A stretch of DNA of 64,000 nt from an uncultured delta proteobacterium (GTDB lineage: Bacteria > Desulfobacterota > RBG-13-43-22): contig CAVQFQ010000019.1 in NCBI GenBank assembly GCA_963711835.1, positions 16,880 to 80,879 of the forward strand, given 5' to 3'. Of this stretch, positions 52,910-60,241 are shown in pieces. Below the pieces are notes generated by a model. The model made no database searches. It was not told the DNA's origin and saw only the letters and a list, made by a program, of their open reading frames with translations. Position 1 is the first letter of the stretch. The number at the start of each line of letters is the position of its first letter. The position numbers were made by a program, and so were the translations under genes.

Positions 52910-53239
52910 AATAGTCCCAAAGTTACGTGAATCTCAAACCGATGGGGTCGCTTCTTAAAATATTAAAACACCCCAAAGGGCTTCAGAGGCCTTGATTCCA
53001 AGGATTGTCCGCCAAAACGCCAGCCGCCTGAACCCGGGCAGGAAGTTCATAATGGGGTTTAGAAACAGGCCAACACCAAAGCTATTTATCGTCTTGGGTG
53101 AATGCCCGGCTCCCAACCAACTTAGAAATTAGGGCCGGGTTGGGGCTACGGATTACCTTTTGGACAACCTTGAAATCAAGACCCCCGAAGCCCTCTATGA
53201 ATGGATAGCTTAAAAATCACGTAACGTTGGGACAAACTC
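52910..53239 (+). mobile_element. Palindromic structured element, copy D (core 52977-53194), flanked by 10-bp direct repeat AAATGATCGG
   Basis: AAATGATCGG occurs at 52900-52909 (it includes the TGA stop of the upstream gene) and at 53240-53249. Outer inverted repeat is GTCCCAAAGTTACGTGA / TCACGTAACGTTGGGAC. The core interior closely matches copy B. Confidence 0.75.
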
Positions 53240-53270
53240 AAATGATCGGGTATTTGTTTTTTTGACTGGC

Positions 53271-55187
53271 TCAATCTACCGCCCGGTACAAGCCCTTTTC
53301 CATAAAGTACTTTGTTGCATATCCTTTATAATTATTTGATTTATTTAGTAATAATCTTAATTCGCTTTTATTGTAGGGGCGGGCGCCCGGGCGGGTTTGG
53401 GTCTGCAGGGGCCTTCCATCCAAATCAACCAGGGCCTCCCATTCAAAATCAATAGAAAGGCCGTCTTTCTTGGGCTGGGTCAAGGGGACGGAAAAGCGAA
53501 GAAGGTTCTTTTTATTTCCTGCGGGTAGACGGTTTCCCAGTCCAAGGGCCCGGGGATTTTCGTGACAGCCCTCACAACGCAGCGTTTCCCTTCTGATAGT
53601 ATGGGGGGCGTAGGGATTGAATCCCAAACCGGGTTTCCCATCCCTGGTTCTGGGAATGAGGCTGTCTAAGCGCACCTTTCCTCTCTCATCCACATGACTG
53701 ATGACAAATTGATTAAGGGGCCTGAAGACGCTGGTTTTCCCCCGCTCGTTAAGGCCGAAGATGGGGGATTCAAAACGACGGTAACTGTACCCGCCATACC
53801 AAATGCCAGGCTTGACCGAGCCATCAAGGTAATCCCGGGCCGCAGGAGGGGTCCACTGCTCGCTTTTTAAGGGCAGGTTTTGGCGCAGCAGGGCTTGTAC
53901 CTGAGGATCGTTCTGAATCCAAAGAGGAGCCCACTTTTCATAATCAGCCCGGTCCTCCCGGATCAGGTGGAAGCCGAAATCCTGATAGGACCAGAGGGCG
54001 TGGCAGCTATGGCACTCCATGTTGCTGATATGTTCAGGGATGCGGTGGGAGACTGGAAAGGGTTTCTGGGAGAGTTGTGGGATGCGATGTTTTCTGCCGT
54101 CCAGTTTGGAATAAAGAAAAATTTTTCCAGCTTCTTTCCTGATATGTTTTAATGGATTACCGGCAGAATCTAAAATCACTTCTATAGTGTTAGGGACTTT
54201 AATCCTCTCTGTTCGGGGACCTTTCCGGGGTGTCCCGTGGCAGTCCCGGCAGCGGATGGTTACCTGCTCCGGGGCATGAGAAACCAATTTCCCGCTGCCC
54301 ATGGCATCCCGGGAGCCATGACAGTCAATACAACCCAGGCCCTTTTCGAAATGGACATCGGCCGTCAAGTTCCTGGGATCGAATCCGTGAATTAAAGAAG
54401 CCTGCTCCCCGTCCTTTGAAAAAAAGCGGTAACTTTCCTCATAGTCCCGTTCCGCCAGACCCACAAAGTCCATGCCCACCCGGTGCCCATTGTGGCAGGT
54501 CAAACACTGTTGGGTGGGGATGGCCCGGGTAAGGCCGTGCTGAAGGGGGAAGCCCCTTTTTTGTTTTCCCGGATTTCCCTTGATCTGGTCCATCCAGCCG
54601 GCCATAGCTTGATCCTTGCTCCGGCTGAGGCCGTCAGGCCCATAGGGCATATGGCAGGCGGCGCAGCCCTCGGCCCGCCAGTCCCCATAGCGGCCTTCCC
54701 CGGTGGTTTGGAGATGGCAGCGCAGACAGCGGCGCCGTAAAAGATCATCCACCAGTTGTCCGGTCTGGCCATAGCGGGGCAGGCCCGGATAAGGATCTAT
54801 CGAGCGGTTCAGGTACTGGAGATTCGGTTTTTCCTGAGCGCCCCAGAGATAACGGGTCTGATTGATTTCACCGGCTGAGGTGGCCATGATGGATCGGGTA
54901 ACCCGGGCCACTTGGGCCTCATGGCAGGGCAGGCAGCGGATCGAAGCCTGATTTAAGGCCGAAGGGTTGGCCACCAGGCCCTGGTGGGCCTGGTCCTTTT
55001 CCTTTTCATCGGGTTTCCCCTGGTGACAGCGCCGGCAGGGAAAGGTGTGATTCGGTCCGGGCGATTCAATGCCCTGATGGCAGGACAGGCAGCCTTCTTT
55101 GGTCGGCCGGGCCTGGTCAGCCGCACCTCCCATGAGGCCGAGGAGGCTGATCATCATTAATCCAGACAACAGAAAAGGCCTGGTCAT
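53271..55187 (-). CDS. Multihaem c-type cytochrome (10 CXXCH motifs), secreted
   Basis: 638 aa with a signal peptide. CLSCH, CRRCH, CLPCH, CLRCH, CAACH, CLTCH, CIDCH, CRDCH, CHSCH and CEGCH were counted in the translation. Confidence 0.9.
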   Translation of the reverse strand: MTRPFLLSGLMMISLLGLMGGAADQARPTKEGCLSCHQGIESPGPNHTFPCRRCHQGKPDEKEKDQAHQGLVANPSALNQASIRCLPCHEAQVARVTRSIMATSAGEINQTRYLWGAQEKPNLQYLNRSIDPYPGLPRYGQTGQLVDDLLRRRCLRCHLQTTGEGRYGDWRAEGCAACHMPYGPDGLSRSKDQAMAGWMDQIKGNPGKQKRGFPLQHGLTRAIPTQQCLTCHNGHRVGMDFVGLAERDYEESYRFFSKDGEQASLIHGFDPRNLTADVHFEKGLGCIDCHGSRDAMGSGKLVSHAPEQVTIRCRDCHGTPRKGPRTERIKVPNTIEVILDSAGNPLKHIRKEAGKIFLYSKLDGRKHRIPQLSQKPFPVSHRIPEHISNMECHSCHALWSYQDFGFHLIREDRADYEKWAPLWIQNDPQVQALLRQNLPLKSEQWTPPAARDYLDGSVKPGIWYGGYSYRRFESPIFGLNERGKTSVFRPLNQFVISHVDERGKVRLDSLIPRTRDGKPGLGFNPYAPHTIRRETLRCEGCHENPRALGLGNRLPAGNKKNLLRFSVPLTQPKKDGLSIDFEWEALVDLDGRPLQTQTRPGARPYNKSELRLLLNKSNNYKGYATKYFMEKGLYRAVD

Positions 55188-57280
55188 CGGGGAAGCCCTT
55201 TCAAAAAACGGTTGACGATCTGGAGATGCTTGGGGCTGCGGTCAAGGATCAGGCTTTTTTCAAAGTTCCGGTAAATGGGATCCTGATAGGAATCATGGCA
55301 GGGCAGGCAGGGCGTCAGGCGAAGGATTCGATTCAGTTCCGCCTCATTGAAAGGGCGCGCATCCGGACGTGAGGCGGATTGAAGGGGCCGGCCCTCGGGG
55401 GTGCTTAAGGACTCCCAGGAATAAGGAAAAACCTGTTCACCTTTATGAGGGGAAAGGTGCCTATCGGCAAAGCGACTTTTTCCTGAAATCAGTAGCCCGC
55501 TGCCCAAACCCAGCAATTTAGGATTTCCGTGGCAGTCCTGGCAGGGGCGGACTTCTTTCCGGGTGGAGTGGGGATTGATGGGACCGGCCACTATTCCGGT
55601 AAAGCCAGTCCGCTGGTGCACGGCCCGATCCCATCCCGGGAGGGGCTGGTTCCGGGCATCAAGCAGGGTTACCAAGACCTGACATCCCGGCATAAAGGGG
55701 GAGACCCGGCCCCGCTGATTGATGCCCAGGGGCGGGTCTTCAAAACGGTAATAATCGCGGGTCTCCTGCCAGCGGCCGGGGGATTGGACCCGGGCCTGGG
55801 CATCCAATTGGTTCTCCCCGTTCTTGCGATAGTCGTGACAGCCGTAACACTGGGGGGCCCAGCGGGAGTGGCAGGAGAAGCACTCCATCCGATCGGAGCC
55901 ATGCCCGGGAAACCGATGCGCTCCCGGCTGTCGGGTAATGATCTTAAGCGGATGCCGGCGGCCGTCCACCTTGCTATAGAGCACCCACCCGGGGGATTCC
56001 TTCCGGATATTAACCAGGGTATGGCCTCCGGAGGATCGAAGCAGTTCATCCCCCACCTTCAAGGGCGGGGCCTTTCCAAAGGCCGAAGCCCATAGGGCGG
56101 GGTCTTCTTCGGACTGGATCCGATAGGTTTTCGGAGCTTCCTTTTCGGTTCCATGACAATCGCGGCAACGGATCTTCACTTGTTGAAACATACGGGAATA
56201 AATTCGGCCGTCCCCCATAATTTCTCCGGCCGTATGACAGTCGATGCAGTGCATCCCTTTTTCAAAGTGGATATCCGGGGTCAGATGCTGGACGAACCGG
56301 CCGCCGCTTAAACGGTTGGGATTCATCCGGCCTTGTTGATAAGGAGTTCCGTACTGATCCGATTCCATCAGGCCGCTGAAGGTCAGGCCGATCCGGCCGC
56401 TGCGGTTATGGCAACGCAGGCATTGGGCCGTAGGGATGGCTGCCGTGAGGTGATGTCTTTTTCCATAACCCTCTTTGGTTCGGGACAGGGCGCGGTCCCG
56501 TCCTTCATAGGTGCCGGTCTCGTTCCGCGCCACATGGCAGGAGGAACAACCGCCGCCGTGGGCGCCTGGTCCGGATGGCCTTTCGTTATTCAGGTGGCAG
56601 CGGGAACAGAACTTTCGCCACTGATCATCGGCGACCTGGCCGGAAACGGTCAGGGTGTTTCCCCGTTCATCCCGGCTGATGACGGCGCCGCTTCCATCTT
56701 TGGGCAGGCTCAGGTGATTAAAAAAAGGAATGGTCTTTAGATCCTTATCGGGGCCCTGAATGCCAACGGAACCGTAAAGGGCCTCAGGGGTGAGTTGGGC
56801 GCCCCAGGTATAGCGCAAGCCGGCAATGACGCCGGCCATTGTGGCCATCAGACTTCGGGGAGAGGTCTGAGCCGGATTTTTTTCCACCTGGCTATGCCCG
56901 GCATGGCAGAGGGTTCCGTCCGGCGCCCTTCGGCCGCAGGTTTTATGAATGACTCGAAAGTCCGACGGATTCCTTCCGCCCCACAACCCTTGATGGGCCA
57001 GGTCTTTGTCCAGGGCCAGGCCGTTTCCGCCATGACAGATGGTGCAGCCGAAACTTTGAACAGGATGAGAGCCGGAGATTTCTTCAAGACCGAAATGGCA
57101 GGTCAGGCAACGCTCCCGGATATTCCATTGGGCCAGGTAAACTTCTTTGACTTTCAGGTCATGATGGGAGGATTTCTGGATCCTTTTCCATTCCCGATTG
57201 GCTTCCTGATGCCGGATGCCAAGCAGGGTGGCCAGGAGAATCACGGTGGCTGCAAAAAAGAGAAAGGGCTTTTTCTGCAT
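55184..57280 (-). CDS. Multihaem c-type cytochrome (11 CXXCH plus one CX9CH), paralogue of the downstream gene
   Basis: 698 aa with an N-terminal anchor/signal. CLTCH, CTICH, CSRCH, CSSCH, CLRCH, CIDCH, CRDCH, CFSCH, CYGCH, CQDCH and CLPCH, plus CGRRAPDGTLCH. Collinear with 53271-55187. Confidence 0.9.
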   Translation of the reverse strand: MQKKPFLFFAATVILLATLLGIRHQEANREWKRIQKSSHHDLKVKEVYLAQWNIRERCLTCHFGLEEISGSHPVQSFGCTICHGGNGLALDKDLAHQGLWGGRNPSDFRVIHKTCGRRAPDGTLCHAGHSQVEKNPAQTSPRSLMATMAGVIAGLRYTWGAQLTPEALYGSVGIQGPDKDLKTIPFFNHLSLPKDGSGAVISRDERGNTLTVSGQVADDQWRKFCSRCHLNNERPSGPGAHGGGCSSCHVARNETGTYEGRDRALSRTKEGYGKRHHLTAAIPTAQCLRCHNRSGRIGLTFSGLMESDQYGTPYQQGRMNPNRLSGGRFVQHLTPDIHFEKGMHCIDCHTAGEIMGDGRIYSRMFQQVKIRCRDCHGTEKEAPKTYRIQSEEDPALWASAFGKAPPLKVGDELLRSSGGHTLVNIRKESPGWVLYSKVDGRRHPLKIITRQPGAHRFPGHGSDRMECFSCHSRWAPQCYGCHDYRKNGENQLDAQARVQSPGRWQETRDYYRFEDPPLGINQRGRVSPFMPGCQVLVTLLDARNQPLPGWDRAVHQRTGFTGIVAGPINPHSTRKEVRPCQDCHGNPKLLGLGSGLLISGKSRFADRHLSPHKGEQVFPYSWESLSTPEGRPLQSASRPDARPFNEAELNRILRLTPCLPCHDSYQDPIYRNFEKSLILDRSPKHLQIVNRFLKGLPR

Positions 57281-57384
57281 GGATAGGCATTGTAATTTGA
57301 AATGGGAGTATTGTCAAAGCCTCAAGAAATGATTATTGTAATAAAATAGATTTTTTATCAAAAAAGGAGAATCGGAGGAAATTG

Positions 57385-58542
57385 ATGAGTGAGACGAAGT
57401 CATTCGATTTTGAACAAGGACCCATTCGTCCCCCCAGTGAGGCCCGGAGCTTATTGCTGCGGGTGACCCGGAATTGTTCCTGGAACAAGTGCCTCTTTTG
57501 CCCGGTCTATAAAGGCCAGACCTTTTCCCGGCGGAGCACGGAAGAGATCAAAGGAGACATCCGGACTATAAAAAATATCATCGAGGATCTAAAAGGGATT
57601 TCCTGGAAATTGGGACGCAGCGGTCAAATCGATGATGCCGTCATAACCGAAGTGTTCCAGCAACCTTCTTACAGCCAGGCCTACCGGAATGTGGCCGCCT
57701 GGATGTATTATAAGGAATACAATGTCTTTCTTCAGGACGGCAACAATCTGGTCCTTCCAACGGCCGAGTTGGTCGCGATTCTCGAATTTCTGCGCCGTGA
57801 AATTCCTCAGGTACGGCGCATCACCTCCTATGCCCGGGCCAAGACCGCCGGGCGGAAAACGGTGGCGGAATTGACCGCCATCCGGAAAGCGGGTTTGGAT
57901 CGGATCCATATCGGTTTGGAAAGCGGTTCGGATGCCGTTTTGAAGCTGATGCAGAAAGGGGTAACCGCCGCCGAGCATATCGAGGCCGGCCAAAAAGTGA
58001 AACAGGCCGGCATGGCCCTGTCCGAATATGTCATGCCGGGACTGGGGGGAAAGACCTTGTGGCAGGACCATGCCCTGGAAACGGCCCGGGTCTTAAATGC
58101 CGTGAATCCTGATTTTATCCGTCTCCGATCCTTGCGGGTTCCCCCCCGGGTGCCCCTGCATCAATGGGTGCAGGACGGCCGTTTTGTGCTGTTAAACGAT
58201 GATGAAACCGTTGAGGAAATCCGCTTGATGGTAGATCATCTGGAGGGCATTACCAGCACCCTGACCTCCGACCATATCATGAACCTTCTGGAAGATGTCA
58301 GCGGGACCCTGCCTCAGGACATGGGCCGTATCCTGGCCGCTCTGGATGCCTACCTGAATCTTTCTCCGGAAGAAAAATTGATCTATCGCTTCGGCCGTCG
58401 CGGCGGCGCCTACCGTTCGGTGCAGGACATGAAAGACCTGGTCTTGCGGCGAAAAATTAAAAAAGCGATTGAAGAAGTCCGGCAGACCTATCCCCAAGGA
58501 GTCGAGTCGTTTATCACGGAATTGGTAGATCAATATATTTAG
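57385..58542 (+). CDS. Radical SAM domain protein
   Basis: 386 aa. GPIRPPSEARSLLLRVTRNCSWNKCLFCPVYK gives a CX4CX2C cluster motif at 57475-57501, followed by TIM-barrel-like GLDRIHIGLESGS. Confidence 0.8.
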   Translation: MSETKSFDFEQGPIRPPSEARSLLLRVTRNCSWNKCLFCPVYKGQTFSRRSTEEIKGDIRTIKNIIEDLKGISWKLGRSGQIDDAVITEVFQQPSYSQAYRNVAAWMYYKEYNVFLQDGNNLVLPTAELVAILEFLRREIPQVRRITSYARAKTAGRKTVAELTAIRKAGLDRIHIGLESGSDAVLKLMQKGVTAAEHIEAGQKVKQAGMALSEYVMPGLGGKTLWQDHALETARVLNAVNPDFIRLRSLRVPPRVPLHQWVQDGRFVLLNDDETVEEIRLMVDHLEGITSTLTSDHIMNLLEDVSGTLPQDMGRILAALDAYLNLSPEEKLIYRFGRRGGAYRSVQDMKDLVLRRKIKKAIEEVRQTYPQGVESFITELVDQYI

Positions 58543-58591
58543 TGGCTTATACAGCCTATTTTAAGAATGTATCTCTATCTTTCCAATATCA

Positions 58592-58809
58592 GGTATAGGG
58601 GGGTCTTATTTTTTTAAGTTATCCACCCCAAAGCCATAAACTTCTTTGCCGGGCCAAACTGCGAACCCTATTTTATCAGCAAGCCTACACCCAAGCTGGA
58701 AATAAGCTTTGGTGAATGCCCTACCTAACGTAAACTTAATTATTCGGGCCGAATTAGGGGCTCTTCGTCACCCTTTGGACAACTTAAAAAAATAAGACCC
58801 CCCTACACC
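58592..58809 (+). repeat. Palindromic structured element, copy E (most divergent)
   Basis: Arms are GGTATAGGGGGGTCTTATTTTTTTAAGTTATCCA / TGGACAACTTAAAAAAATAAGACCCCCCTACACC. The interior has GGTGAATGCCC, GGGCCG and CCCTTTGGACAA. Confidence 0.7.
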
Positions 58810-58906
58810 ATACTGCAGCATTTCCCCACTGCTTAACGATTTCATTTTGACATTTGATGTTTCCGGAAGTACGATGAAACAAAAAAACAGGACAGGAGGA
58901 AAAGCC

Positions 58907-59557
58907 ATGAAGAAAGACAATCGAAAATCCTATCTACAAACCTGGCTGCGTTTCCTTGCAGGAAAGAAAGAAATGGATTTCAAGGAAGCCAGCCAAGCCC
59001 TGGAAAAAAAATTTAAAATGCATTATTCTTCCGGAACTTTGAAACGCTACGCCCTGACCCTGATGGGAAACCTTTATGGGAACGACTATCTCATCGGAAA
59101 AAAGGGCAAAGGATACAACGCCGGCCCTTTAACCATTGCCAAGGAGATTACCTATCCGGTCTTGGACAAATGCCTCACCCGAAATTTCAGCAAGATCAAA
59201 TTCCAGGAAGGAGATCTCCGGCTTGAACCCAAAAAGAAACCGGCGCCGGCCGGGAAAAAAGTCCTGAAGAAAAAGGCAGCACCCGGTGTAAAAAAAGTCA
59301 GGACCAAGAAAACTTCCGGGAAGGTCCCCCCAAAACCGCCCGCTAAAACCAAAAAGAAACCCCCGCGGAAGCGTGAGTTGATTCGCATGGGCCAGGGCCA
59401 CTATCTTTATGCCCAGGAATTGAACCAGCAATTGGCCGAACTGGAAAACCGCATTGCCTCCTACGAACGCATTTTTGACAATTTGAGAAGCATCTTCAGC
59501 CGAGAATTTCATGAAATGGAAGAATGGCTGGATGAATTTTTTAATGCCGGACGATAA
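58907..59557 (+). CDS. Hypothetical protein with histone H1-like Lys/Pro/Ala-rich central tract and C-terminal coiled coil
   Basis: ATG 58907 preceded by AGGAGGA. Central tract is KKKPAPAGKKVLKKKAAPGVKKVRTKKTSGKVPPKPPAKTKKKPPRKR. Confidence 0.5.
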   Translation: MKKDNRKSYLQTWLRFLAGKKEMDFKEASQALEKKFKMHYSSGTLKRYALTLMGNLYGNDYLIGKKGKGYNAGPLTIAKEITYPVLDKCLTRNFSKIKFQEGDLRLEPKKKPAPAGKKVLKKKAAPGVKKVRTKKTSGKVPPKPPAKTKKKPPRKRELIRMGQGHYLYAQELNQQLAELENRIASYERIFDNLRSIFSREFHEMEEWLDEFFNAGR

Positions 59558-59563
59558 GGTCTT

Positions 59564-60064
59564 ATGGTTACACCGGCGACTATGCGTGAAAAGGCCATGG
59601 ACCTGTTCGACCGCAATTTTTATTGAGCTCAGGCCGTCCTGGCCGTGGGCCTGGAAATGATTGGGGAGGAGGAAAGGGATACCGCGGTGCGGGCCATGGC
59701 CGGCTTAACCGGCGGTTGTTATCGGGGAGAATTTTGCGGGGCCATGGCCGGTGCAGTGCAGGTTGTCGGCTGCCTGTTCGGACGGGCCGATTTGGATGAC
59801 CTGGAAGACGGGCGTCTGACCAACACCATCCGGATCGTGTACGACCGCTTGAAAACGATAGCCGTTGAAAAATACGGGGATACCAGTTGCCGGACCATCT
59901 CAGCCTGCGACTGGTATAACCCGGAAGATGTCAAGGCCAGGCGTCTGGACGGGCGTCGTGACGAGTGCACCCGCTTTGTGGGTGAATGCGCCAGGGTAGT
60001 TGGCGAGGTGCTCCTGGAAGTGGTGGGGGAGGAGGAGTTGAAGATTCTACAAGGAGAATCCTGA
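59564..60064 (+). CDS. C_GCAxxG_C_C family putative redox protein with in-frame TGA (candidate selenocysteine) at the first conserved Cys position
   Basis: ATG 59564 ... DLFDRNFY-TGA(59624-59626)-AQAVLAVGLEM... continues in the frame of track ORF 59645-60064. That ORF carries GGCYRGEFCGAMAGAVQVVG and later Cys residues. Family members normally read NCAQ at this point. Confidence 0.55.
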
Positions 60065-60091
60065 CGATAAACCGTAACGGATACCAGATGT

Positions 60092-60124
60092 CCCCCCTCC
60101 CCCTTTGTCAAAGGGGGAGGGGGG
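60092..60124. terminator. Perfect GC-rich palindrome CCCCCCTCCCCCTTTG-T-CAAAGGGGGAGGGGGG between convergent genes
   Basis: Read directly. It is followed by TTTT on the plus strand and nested in a longer imperfect hairpin (about 60075-60160). Confidence 0.6.
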
Positions 60125-60241
60125 AGTTTTAATCTGGCATCGGGTATCTGTTATCCGTCATCAGCTCTTATCCTCTTTCCCCTTACCAGGGCCGCTTCAA
60201 TAATCCGACGGAGTTTTCGGGAATTCACGGGCCAAGGGGAT

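Noticed and set aside
52416-52958. 180-aa Pro/Arg-rich ORF overlapping the subunit IV-like gene in another frame
   Set aside because: It has a low-complexity composition. The alternative frame (52528-52905) gives a sensible three-TM membrane protein with a cytochrome b-like motif.
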